A stretch of DNA of 64,000 bases, taken from positions 32,001 to 96,000 of the forward strand of contig JBFWNW010000002.1 of NCBI GenBank assembly GCA_050250855.1. Reading direction: 5' to 3'. Every line of letters begins with the position of its first letter. The first letter of the stretch is position 1. Shown here piece after piece: positions 29,425-38,037 of the stretch. Both the position numbers and the translations under genes were made by a program. This DNA is from Candidatus Babeliales bacterium. Lineage in GTDB: Bacteria > Babelota > Babeliae > Babelales > JACPOV01. Below the pieces are notes generated by a model, which worked only from the letters and a program-made list of their open reading frames with translations, had not been told where the DNA came from and did not search any database.

Positions 29425-29991
29425 GTGATTTCTGCCGGAGATTTGCGCAAAGGAAGCAAAGTTCTTTATAAAGATGAGCCACATATTGTTGTTGACTTTC
29501 AACATACCAAACCTGGAAAAGGCCCTGCTTATATTAAAGCAAAACTAAAAAATTTGATTACTGGCCTATTAATTGAGGCAACCTTCCGCTCCGTAGAAAA
29601 AATCCCTACCCCTGATCTTGCGTATAGAAATATGCAATATCTCTATCAAGAAGACAATCACTATAACTTCCTTGATCAAGAAAGTTATGAACAGATAACG
29701 CTTTCTGAAGACCAAATAGCTGACGTAAAAGACTATCTTAAAGAAGAAATCGTCTATATTGTTCTTAATTTTAATGATAAACCTATTGCCGTAACTCCCC
29801 CTATTTTTGTTGAGCTTGAAGTTAAAGAAACTCAAGCCGGTGTACGTGGCGATACTGCACAAGGCGGGGCTACAAAGCCTGCAACCCTAGAAACAGGACT
29901 TGTTCTCCAAGTTCCTCTTTTTATTAATGAGGGAGATATTATTAAGGTAGATACTCGTGACGGCAAATATATCGAACGTATTAACAAATAA
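29425..29991 (+). CDS. efp: Elongation factor P
   Basis: KPGKGPA, RGDT, KPATLETG, VPLFINEGD, DTRDGKY; GTG start. Confidence 0.97.
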   Translation: MISAGDLRKGSKVLYKDEPHIVVDFQHTKPGKGPAYIKAKLKNLITGLLIEATFRSVEKIPTPDLAYRNMQYLYQEDNHYNFLDQESYEQITLSEDQIADVKDYLKEEIVYIVLNFNDKPIAVTPPIFVELEVKETQAGVRGDTAQGGATKPATLETGLVLQVPLFINEGDIIKVDTRDGKYIERINK

Positions 29992-30010
29992 TAATGAGCA
30001 AATAACACCT

Positions 30011-30496
30011 ATGTGTAACAATCATCCAGAACACGAACATCCTACATCGTTTGCTGAGCTTTCTGCCCGCGACAAACGAGCAGTACTTTTTCACATCCTT
30101 TATGCAGCAGAAAGCTATGATTATCAAGCAAGCATAGAATCTATAGTTGACAATCTTAACCGTGGCTTTGAGCTTGATATTCCTCTTGATGACCCTATTG
30201 TCATTATAGCAGCCAATATTATTGAGTTGCGCGATAATCTTGATGATACCTACAAGCCATTTCTTACTAACTGGCGTTTTGACCGCATAGGAGTTCCTAC
30301 TAAGCTTATTTTGCGCTATGCAGTATGGGAGCTTTTGCATACTACTATTCCAACAACCATTATTATCAATGAAGCCATAGAGCTTGCCAAAGCATTTGGT
30401 GAAAAAGATTCTTATAAGTTTATTAATGGTGTTTTGGATGAATTAGTAAAAAAATTACCAGCAAGACAACAAAAGGAAGGGCCTGATAATCCATAA
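30011..30496 (+). CDS. nusB: Transcription antitermination factor NusB
   Basis: NWRFDRI, ILRYAVWEL, IINEAIELAKAFG..SYKFINGVLD; start uncertain, ATG 30011 used. Confidence 0.93.
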   Translation: MCNNHPEHEHPTSFAELSARDKRAVLFHILYAAESYDYQASIESIVDNLNRGFELDIPLDDPIVIIAANIIELRDNLDDTYKPFLTNWRFDRIGVPTKLILRYAVWELLHTTIPTTIIINEAIELAKAFGEKDSYKFINGVLDELVKKLPARQQKEGPDNP

Positions 30497-30508
30497 AAGA
30501 AAGGAAGT

Positions 30509-31603
30509 ATGAAGCCTCTTTACGATCTTGAAAAATCATTTGAAGAGAATTTTTATCAAGGACCACTTTTTAATGGCGCTATTCCCGAACGCATCAAGCC
30601 TCCAAAATCTGCATGGATTTCTTTTTGTGATTATCAAATTGCATCTCCCCTTGGCATAGCAGCCTGTCCCTTAGGAACAAGTAAAGGAATAGCACTCATG
30701 TCCCAACTTGGGTTTGATGTGCTTACGTATAAAACAGTACGCAGCGTTGCATTCAAAGCCCATAAAAATCCCAATATTTGCTATGTTGCGTGCAATGAGT
30801 TTTTAAATTCCCATCATATCGGCAGCACATGGCATCAAACAGATAAACCATCTGGCATGCTTGCTATCAGCAATTCATTTGGCAATGCTTCCTATGATTG
30901 GCCGGTAATGCATGAGGATATTGTAAAAGCGCGTAGTACACTTTCTGAAGGACAAATTCTCATTGTTTCCGTTTTTGGTACAGAACAAAAAAATATTTCT
31001 TACGTAGAAGATTTTGCTTATACTGCGTCTTTGGCTCAACAAGCAGGAGCTCATATTATTGAGCTCAATCTATCCTGCCCCAATATTAAAACATGTAAAC
31101 CTATGCATGAAGAACCCGAGACTGTTTTTGCCATAGCACAAAAAGTTGCTCGCGCTATTTCAATTCCCTTTATTATAAAAGTTGGTGTTTTTTCATCGCC
31201 AGAATTATTAAAAAAAACTCTTATAGCTTCTGCAAAAGCTGGCGCACGTGGTATTTGTGGCATCAATACACTACCTATTTGCGTAATAACTCATGATAAT
31301 AAACCATACTTTGGCACTACACGAGAGGTAAGCGGTCTTTCTGGAGATCCTGTGCGTACCATTGCTCTTGATTTTGTACGCGCTGCTCAAAAAATAATCA
31401 CGCAAGAAAAGCTAGATCTCTCTATCTTGGCTACAGGAGGCACAACACAAGCTTTTCATTTTCAAGAATTTCTTAATACAGGCGCAAACATCGCTCTGAG
31501 TGCTACTGGTGCTTTATGGAATCCGTACCTTGCCGTTGAATATTATCAGCAGTATACTGCACCTGAATATAACTCCATAAAAAAAGGATCTATGTATGTA
31601 TAA
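30509..31603 (+). CDS. pyrD: Divergent class 1-like dihydroorotate dehydrogenase
   Basis: TYKT, ISNSFG, ELNLSCPN, GINT, GLSG, ATGG; directly upstream of pyrE-pyrF. Confidence 0.75.
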   Translation: MKPLYDLEKSFEENFYQGPLFNGAIPERIKPPKSAWISFCDYQIASPLGIAACPLGTSKGIALMSQLGFDVLTYKTVRSVAFKAHKNPNICYVACNEFLNSHHIGSTWHQTDKPSGMLAISNSFGNASYDWPVMHEDIVKARSTLSEGQILIVSVFGTEQKNISYVEDFAYTASLAQQAGAHIIELNLSCPNIKTCKPMHEEPETVFAIAQKVARAISIPFIIKVGVFSSPELLKKTLIASAKAGARGICGINTLPICVITHDNKPYFGTTREVSGLSGDPVRTIALDFVRAAQKIITQEKLDLSILATGGTTQAFHFQEFLNTGANIALSATGALWNPYLAVEYYQQYTAPEYNSIKKGSMYV

Positions 31604-32201
31604 TATTAAACAAGAACTTATCAAAGAATTATATAATGCTGGCGTTTTAAAATTTGGTACCTTCACGCTAAAAAGTGGTATGCAATCTCCTTACTATATT
31701 GATTTTCGTATTATTTTTTCGCATCCTGAACTTTTTGCACAACTTCTTGAGCTTGCATGGATCAAAATAGCAAACCTTGAATTTGACGCCTTTGCTGGTG
31801 TTCCATATGCGGCAGTTCCTTATGCTACAGGCCTTGCTTTATTGCATAAAAAACCTTTTATCATGATACGTAAAGCAGCAAAAGATCATGGTACAAAAAA
31901 TATGATTGAAGGATCTATTGAAAAAAACAGTTCCTGCTTGCTAATTGAAGATTTAACAACAACAGGCTCTAGTATTCTAGAAACTACAGAAATCTTAGAA
32001 CAACATGATATTGTAGTGCGTGATATTTTTATTTTTCTTGACCGAGAACAAGGTGGCGTTGAACGATTACAAAATAAAGGTTATCGCGTACATACTCTCT
32101 TTACGTTTACAGAAATGCTCCATGCTCTTGAAGAATTACGCTGCATAGATGAAACAGAAAAAAATACCAGCATTTCATGGCTTAAAGAGCATAGTCTATA
32201 A
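31596..32201 (+). CDS. pyrE: Orotate phosphoribosyltransferase
   Basis: FTLKSG..SPYYID, RKAAKDHG, LLIEDLTTTGSS, DREQGG. Confidence 0.96.
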   Translation: MYNIKQELIKELYNAGVLKFGTFTLKSGMQSPYYIDFRIIFSHPELFAQLLELAWIKIANLEFDAFAGVPYAAVPYATGLALLHKKPFIMIRKAAKDHGTKNMIEGSIEKNSSCLLIEDLTTTGSSILETTEILEQHDIVVRDIFIFLDREQGGVERLQNKGYRVHTLFTFTEMLHALEELRCIDETEKNTSISWLKEHSL

Positions 32202-32213
32202 AAAGGAGTTGCT

Positions 32214-33017
32214 ATGAATTTTCATGATCGTGCTAGCTATGCACAGAATCCTGTAGCAAAAAAACTTTTTAACCTTATGGACCAAAAAAGAACTAACCTT
32301 GCTGTTGCTGCTGATGTCACAACCAAGCAACAACTTCTTGATCTTGCCCGCATGATAGGTCCTGAAATTTGTTTTTTAAAAACTCATATTGATATCGTAG
32401 AAGATTTTGATTGGGATTTGATAGAGCAGTTGCAACATATAGCACAAACCTATAATTTTTTGCTCATTGAAGACCGAAAATTTTGCGATATTGGTTCTAC
32501 TGTTCAAGCACAATATACTGGCGGCATCCATAAAATATGCTCTTGGGCAGATGCAACTATAGCTCATGCTATTTCAGGAGAAGGAATTATTAAAGCACTA
32601 GAAACAGCAAGTGCTGGCTATGATCGCGGTTTGCTTTTACTCGCTCATATGAGTTCACAGGGGAATTTAATTGATGAAACATATAGCACAAAAGTTTGTG
32701 CACTCGCTGAAAAATATACTCGTTTTGTTATGGGTTGCATTTGCCAAAAAAAATGCCTCAGCAACGCTGGCATGATCCATGTCACACCCGGCATACATAT
32801 GCAGGCGCAAGGAGATATGCTGGGGCAACAGTTTACCTCACCAGAAAAAGCGATCATTGAACAAGGAACTGATATTATTATTGTAGGTCGTGGTATTTAT
32901 GCTCAAGATGATCAACGCGCTGCAGCTCAACGTTACCGTCAAGCTGCATGGAACGCATATCAATCAAAATTATCTGTTTATAAAGAAATCTGTGCTGTTG
33001 ATTGCCAACCAGGATAA
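32214..33017 (+). CDS. pyrF: Orotidine-5'-phosphate decarboxylase, URA3/UMPS-type
   Basis: LKTHID, EDRKFCDIGSTV, TPGI, GQQF, IIVGRGI. Confidence 0.96.
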   Translation: MNFHDRASYAQNPVAKKLFNLMDQKRTNLAVAADVTTKQQLLDLARMIGPEICFLKTHIDIVEDFDWDLIEQLQHIAQTYNFLLIEDRKFCDIGSTVQAQYTGGIHKICSWADATIAHAISGEGIIKALETASAGYDRGLLLLAHMSSQGNLIDETYSTKVCALAEKYTRFVMGCICQKKCLSNAGMIHVTPGIHMQAQGDMLGQQFTSPEKAIIEQGTDIIIVGRGIYAQDDQRAAAQRYRQAAWNAYQSKLSVYKEICAVDCQPG

Positions 33018-33844
33018 AGCATTTTTGGCATGTCAAGAAGCCCTGCAAATTCCATTGCTCGCTCTAAGCGAGTAATACCAATACCACCACCAAAACGTGG
33101 CATATGGTTAAGGTTTAGATACTCATCTAATTCTTTCAAAACACGATCTTTGCCAAAGTTTTTAAATAAAAGCTCTGCAAATTGGCCATCAGATGTTGTA
33201 TAGAAAAGGTCACGCATTTCTTGAGGATTTACAGAACGTTCTGAAGACCCGATAGTTTCTGCGCCATATAATAAAACATCAATTTTATTATAAAGACCAT
33301 CGGGGCGCTTTTTCATAACAAAATAAGGGTTACTTCTTTGAGGAAAACGCTCAAGCATTATTGAAGAACTAACGTCCTGCGCCATACGTGCTTCTTGTTC
33401 TGCCTCAATAAGTTCTACGCCATAACGTTCGCAAGCATCTTCATACAAAACTTGTGTTGGACGCTCAAAGCCAAGGTAAACAAGCAGATCAGTTTCAAAT
33501 GCTCGCAAATCATCTATAGAACCATGAGACTCAAAATCACAAAGAGGAAATACTCTTTTGTGACGGCCAGGAATTATATTCGGCTCATTACGATAACTCG
33601 GCCCTATACAGAAAGCCCCCTTCATATCTCTATTTTTAAGAAGCTCCATTTCAAGCCACATTTGCCCAGATTGAGGGAGAGGCCATAATTGATTGCCAAT
33701 AGAATACGTTGTTACTGTACGGGGATCTTCACATGCTGCTAGAATAGAAAGGCGTGTTGATGTTGGCACCTCAACAAAATCCCTTTCTTTAAAGAAAGTA
33801 CGTAATTTTTTAACAATATAATCGTAATGTACCGTATTTTCCAT
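32978..33844 (-). CDS. Class IIb aaRS catalytic-domain-only paralog (AsnRS/AspRS-like; possible asparagine synthetase A-type)
   Basis: FFKERDFVEV (motif 1), LPQSGQ, GPSYRNE..RH..F (motif 2), ETIGSSER, GGGIGITRL (motif 3); no anticodon OB domain. Start 33844 after AAGGAG. Confidence 0.8.
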   Translation of the reverse strand: MENTVHYDYIVKKLRTFFKERDFVEVPTSTRLSILAACEDPRTVTTYSIGNQLWPLPQSGQMWLEMELLKNRDMKGAFCIGPSYRNEPNIIPGRHKRVFPLCDFESHGSIDDLRAFETDLLVYLGFERPTQVLYEDACERYGVELIEAEQEARMAQDVSSSIMLERFPQRSNPYFVMKKRPDGLYNKIDVLLYGAETIGSSERSVNPQEMRDLFYTTSDGQFAELLFKNFGKDRVLKELDEYLNLNHMPRFGGGIGITRLERAMEFAGLLDMPKMLYPGWQSTAQISL

Positions 33845-33908
33845 AAAGCAACTCCTTTTTATTTTTTTGCACAAATTAACAAAACCCTACTTTAAAAAAA
33901 AATTTGGT

Positions 33909-34697
33909 TCAAGAGTTTTTATAAAAAATTTGTACTGAGTTGTTTTCTACAGTGATAAAACCTCGTGCACGAGATAGAAATGAAGAATCATATTTTGTGA
34001 GAATAAAAAATATTTTTGAAAAAGATGAATGGAAATCTTTCACTTCAAGTAACATTGCAGCATTATCTTCTGCAGAAACAATAGTTACTGGCAAATAAGA
34101 TCGAATACAATCTTTGATAAGCGCATAATGAGTACAACCTAAAATCAAGGTATCTATTTTTGCCTGCGCAAGAGACTTACTGTACTGTCTTACTATTTCA
34201 TGGATCTGATTGTCGTCCTCTGAGCACTCTTCTATTAAAGATGCTAAAAGAGGACACGATTGTTCTATTACTTCTATAGAAGGATCTAAAGATACTATTC
34301 GTTGTTTATGGGCATGGCTTTTTATAGTTGCTTCGGTTGCCATAATACCAATACGTTTATGAGTAGTCATTGCTACAGCATTTTTGATAACAGGCTCTAC
34401 AACATCTATAAAATTAATAGTGGGATACAATTTTTGTAGCATTGGAAAAATAGTAGAACATAACGTGTGACATGCAATAACTATTGTTTCAACACCATAT
34501 GAAACAAGCATGTCAACATTATATTTTGTTAAGGCCAAAAGTTCTTCATTGGTTTTTGAACCATAGGGCAAATTTTTAAGGTCTGCACAATAGTAATATT
34601 CAGCAGGAACATGTAAGGACAGGGGTCGCAAAATGGTGAGCCCACCTAGACCAGAATCTAGAACGCCAATTTTTTTTTGTGGCATAAAATTTTTCAT
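33909..34697 (-). CDS. murI: Glutamate racemase
   Basis: DSGLGGLT, PYGSK, IACHT, ATEAT, LGCTHY; start 34697 or 34685. Confidence 0.93.
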   Translation of the reverse strand: MKNFMPQKKIGVLDSGLGGLTILRPLSLHVPAEYYYCADLKNLPYGSKTNEELLALTKYNVDMLVSYGVETIVIACHTLCSTIFPMLQKLYPTINFIDVVEPVIKNAVAMTTHKRIGIMATEATIKSHAHKQRIVSLDPSIEVIEQSCPLLASLIEECSEDDNQIHEIVRQYSKSLAQAKIDTLILGCTHYALIKDCIRSYLPVTIVSAEDNAAMLLEVKDFHSSFSKIFFILTKYDSSFLSRARGFITVENNSVQIFYKNS

Positions 34698-34699
34698 AA

Positions 34700-34729
34700 A
34701 AAACAACCATGGGGCATTGCTGCCCCATG
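34700..34729 (-). terminator. Intrinsic terminator after rpsA-ndk
   Basis: CATGGGGCA-N4-TGCCCCATG followed on the minus strand by GTTGTTTT. Confidence 0.75.
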
Positions 34730-34745
34730 ATAACTAGTATGCTCT

Positions 34746-35156
34746 TTATTTCAAATCAGGAAAAAAGAACGCAACTTCCGCTTGTGCATTTTTAAGTGAA
34801 TCTGATCCATGCGTAGCATTTTCGCCAACGTTAGTGCCAAACTGCTTTCTAATAGTACCAGCTTCAGCTTTTAGAGGATCTGTTGCTCCCATAAGATCAC
34901 GCCATGCTGGCACCGCATTTTCTTTTTCTAATGCCATAACAACAACAGGACCTGATGTCATAAATTCAACAAGTTCTCCAAAAAAAGGACGCTCTTTATG
35001 CACCGCATAAAATTCTTCAGCTTGTTTTTTTGACAAGTGAAGCTTATTCATACGTGCAACAGTAAAGCCTTTGTTCTCTATAATATCAATGATTTTACCG
35101 GTAAAACCAGATCGGACTGCATCTGGTTTTATGATTGCTAATGTTCTTTCTTTCAT
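34746..35156 (-). CDS. ndk: Nucleoside diphosphate kinase
   Basis: [32 protein letters not shown]. Confidence 0.98.
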   Translation of the reverse strand: MKERTLAIIKPDAVRSGFTGKIIDIIENKGFTVARMNKLHLSKKQAEEFYAVHKERPFFGELVEFMTSGPVVVMALEKENAVPAWRDLMGATDPLKAEAGTIRKQFGTNVGENATHGSDSLKNAQAEVAFFFPDLK

Positions 35157-35162
35157 GATCAA

Positions 35163-36953
35163 TTACTCATCTTTATTTCGTGCTGCGTGTTTTTCTAGCT
35201 CAAGTTGCAACATTGATTTTGGTTTTTCTTCTGACTTTTTAGCTTTTGCTTGTTGTTGCTGTTGTGCTTTTTTGTCAGCTTTTTCTTGTGCTTTAGCTTT
35301 AGCTTCTTTTTCATCAAGCTTCAAGCTCAAGCCAAGTTTATGATCATCTTTGCTTACTTTAATAACACGGAACTGAGCTTTTTGACCAACTTTTAGTACA
35401 TCTTCAACTTTATCAATATTTTGATCAGATAATTCTGAAATATGAATCAAGCCTTCAATGCCGGTAGGCAATTTAATGAATGCACCAAAATTAGTAATTT
35501 TAGAAACTTCACCGTCTATAATAGTGCCAACTGGATATTGCTCTTCAATCTTTGCCCATGGATCATCATGCAACTGTTTGATGCCTAATGAAACACGTTT
35601 GTTATCTTCATCAATGCTTAAAATAACGGCTTCTACTTCTTCACCTTTTTTAAAGCGATCAGTAGGATGATTAATATGTTCTGTCCATGAAAGGTCAGAA
35701 ATATGAACTAAGCCATCAATTCCTGGCATAAGTTGTACGAAAATACCAAAATCAGTAATATTGCTGATGGTACCTTTAATCTTATCACCAACTTTGAATT
35801 TCTCATGAAGTTGTTTCCAGGGATTTTCTTGTAATTGCTTAATACTCAAGGACATACGACGATTATCTTTATCAAGCGAAACAATAACCGCTTCAACTTC
35901 ATCACCAACTTTATAGTGGCGTTTGATATCATCTATACGATCTGTCCAAGAAATTTCAGAGATGTGGACTAAACCTTCTACACCTTTTGCAATTTCAACA
36001 AAGAAACCATAATCAGTAATACTTGAAATTTTGCCTTTAATTTTCTTGCTAGCTTCAAGTCCACTGGTTGCTTTTTCCCAAGGATTTTCGGTAAGTTGTT
36101 TCATGCCAAGAGAAATCTTTTCATGCTCTTTATCAAATGAAAGAACTTTAACAGAAATTTTGTCACCTATTTTTACCAATTCACTTGGATGCGCAATACG
36201 ACCCCAAGTCATATCAGTAATGTGCAATAGACCGTCAACGCCACCGATATCTATGAACACACCGTAGTTAGTGATATTCTTAACGATACCTTGGATAACG
36301 TCGCCTTCTTTCAATTTATCAAGAATCTTTTTGCGAGATTCAGAACGAATTTCGCTCAAATATTTACGACGAGAAATGATAACATTTCCACGTTTTTTAT
36401 TAACTTTTATAATATAGGCTGTAATTGGATGCGATACAAATTGATCAAAATCCATAACACGTTGTAAGTCAACTTGAGATCCTGGCAAGAATGCAGGGAT
36501 ACCAATGTCAACGTTCAAGCCACCTTTAACTTTGTGAGTAACAATCCCCTCAACAGGCTGCCCTTCATCATAAAGCTTCATAATTCTATCCCAAGCACGC
36601 ATAGCTTTTGCTTTTTCATAGGACAGACTCAAAATACCATCAACATTTTCTAGCTCTTCCAGCATAACTTCGATTTCATCACCAGGCTGGAATTTTTTAC
36701 GTTCAAAATCAGAAAATTCATAATTAGGGATTAAACCATAAGATTTAAAACCTATATCAACAAGAACACCATCGGCGTCTGATTTAACAACTTTACCGGT
36801 AACAATTTTACCTTGACCAAGACCTTCAAAAGTATGTTCATACAGATCTTTAATCTCTGCACGCTGGTCTTGGTTTAATAAAAATTCTTCTTCGTCTTCC
36901 CATACAGGTTTAACATGACGAAACTGATCGCCGCGTATAACGGTTTTTGACAT
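35163..36953 (-). CDS. rpsA: 30S ribosomal protein S1
   Basis: Six S1 repeats (e.g. YGVFIDIGGVDGLLHITD), AFLPGSQVD. Confidence 0.97.
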   Translation of the reverse strand: MSKTVIRGDQFRHVKPVWEDEEEFLLNQDQRAEIKDLYEHTFEGLGQGKIVTGKVVKSDADGVLVDIGFKSYGLIPNYEFSDFERKKFQPGDEIEVMLEELENVDGILSLSYEKAKAMRAWDRIMKLYDEGQPVEGIVTHKVKGGLNVDIGIPAFLPGSQVDLQRVMDFDQFVSHPITAYIIKVNKKRGNVIISRRKYLSEIRSESRKKILDKLKEGDVIQGIVKNITNYGVFIDIGGVDGLLHITDMTWGRIAHPSELVKIGDKISVKVLSFDKEHEKISLGMKQLTENPWEKATSGLEASKKIKGKISSITDYGFFVEIAKGVEGLVHISEISWTDRIDDIKRHYKVGDEVEAVIVSLDKDNRRMSLSIKQLQENPWKQLHEKFKVGDKIKGTISNITDFGIFVQLMPGIDGLVHISDLSWTEHINHPTDRFKKGEEVEAVILSIDEDNKRVSLGIKQLHDDPWAKIEEQYPVGTIIDGEVSKITNFGAFIKLPTGIEGLIHISELSDQNIDKVEDVLKVGQKAQFRVIKVSKDDHKLGLSLKLDEKEAKAKAQEKADKKAQQQQQAKAKKSEEKPKSMLQLELEKHAARNKDE

Positions 36954-37034
36954 TAAAAAGCTCCTAAGAGACCTATTTTTTATTAAAAAAAGAGGAGAGG
37001 TTTAGATATTAAACATATATAACTCAACAAACCA

Positions 37035-37063
37035 ATTGTAGCAAGTATTTTTGCGATTGGCAA
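37035..37063 (-). promoter_or_regulatory. sigma70 promoter of rpsA-ndk
   Basis: Minus strand TTGCCA-N17-TACAAT with TGn extended -10. Confidence 0.7.
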
Positions 37064-37077
37064 ATCATAATCAAGAA

Positions 37078-37103
37078 AAAAGCCCCTGAATTCAGGGGCT
37101 TTT
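37078..37103. terminator. Intrinsic terminator after 37117..37707
   Basis: Perfect palindrome AAAAGCCCCTGAATTCAGGGGCTTTT. Confidence 0.8.
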
Positions 37104-37116
37104 GAAAATCTTTATG

Positions 37117-37707
37117 CTAGATAAAAAGAAGTTTAGAGAGTATTTGCTCTAAGTAAGATTTAGGCCTTAATATTTCTTCTAATTCACCGACTTTTTTATT
37201 GAATTCACAACTATTGATAGAACTCAAGTAATAATGCGGCTTGAGGCTAAACTCATGTAAAAAACTCTGAGTTGAGCTCTTAAGACTGGTATGAGACTTT
37301 ATCTGGTCAGCATCTTTTAAAAGCTGGGGCCCTACATTTGCATTTAATAACAGAGAAGGATTTCTTTTTAGAAGCACAAGATTGCCTATAAAAAGATTTA
37401 TAAGTCGATTATCTTCTTTAGTTTTTTTCTTCCATTCTAATGCCAATGATCTAGCACCTAAAACGACATATCCCAACCCCAATGCTATAGCTAGCACTTT
37501 GTAACCAGGCATATAAGGACTCACAAACTGAGTTACTTTATCGCAAAAATTAGTTTTTACTTCCGGAGCCATTGAATACAAAGCATTCATTTGCTCTTCA
37601 GTAGAACCAGCGATATAAGGAAGTTCAGCACCAAAAGCTGTCGAGCTTGAAGCAGAGGTAATAAAAAGAACTGCCAACAAAGCAGTCGATAATTTCTTGA
37701 ATTTCAT
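37117..37707 (-). CDS. Hypothetical exported/membrane protein
   Basis: GGAGG SD, leader MKFKKLSTALLAVLFITSA, internal TM, own promoter and terminator. Confidence 0.75.
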   Translation of the reverse strand: MKFKKLSTALLAVLFITSASSSTAFGAELPYIAGSTEEQMNALYSMAPEVKTNFCDKVTQFVSPYMPGYKVLAIALGLGYVVLGARSLALEWKKKTKEDNRLINLFIGNLVLLKRNPSLLLNANVGPQLLKDADQIKSHTSLKSSTQSFLHEFSLKPHYYLSSINSCEFNKKVGELEEILRPKSYLEQILSKLLFI

Positions 37708-37740
37708 AGGATATCATCCTCCATTTAAAGACTTGTTTCC

Positions 37741-37768
37741 AGTATAGCTCCTAGAGATTTATTGTCAA
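37741..37768 (-). promoter_or_regulatory. sigma70 promoter for 37117..37707
   Basis: Minus strand TTGACA-N16-TATACT. Confidence 0.65.
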
Positions 37769-37870
37769 TTGATCAGGTTCATAAAAAATATTATTTTATT
37801 GATTTCAGGTATAAATTTAAATACTCATTCCTACCTGTCATTAAAAAACAGGTCTTCTTTTACTAGTCAT

Positions 37871-37899
37871 TTGACAAATAAGCAATTTTAGGGTAATTT
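37871..37899 (+). promoter_or_regulatory. sigma70 promoter for the DEAD-box helicase
   Basis: TTGACA-N17-TAATTT, giving a leader of about 130 nt. Confidence 0.6.
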
Positions 37900-38037
37900 T
37901 AGGAAGTAAACTAATATTTTAATAAAATAGCATGAGGCTCTTTTAGTACAAAGCTAGAGAAAAGAGCGTTTTCAAAGTGGATGACCGTTGCGTCAGCAAT
38001 GAAAGAGCAGCATGCAATGCAATAAGAGGCATCCATT

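Noticed and set aside
32978..33844. Calling this gene epmA because efp is nearby
   Set aside because: It lacks EpmA-type TSPE and HNPEFTMLEWY motifs, looks AsnRS/AspRS-like, and is on the opposite strand.
35163..36953. Internal repeats and the QQQQQ/AK-rich tail in rpsA
   Set aside because: Expected S1 domain repeats and an ordinary low-complexity tail.
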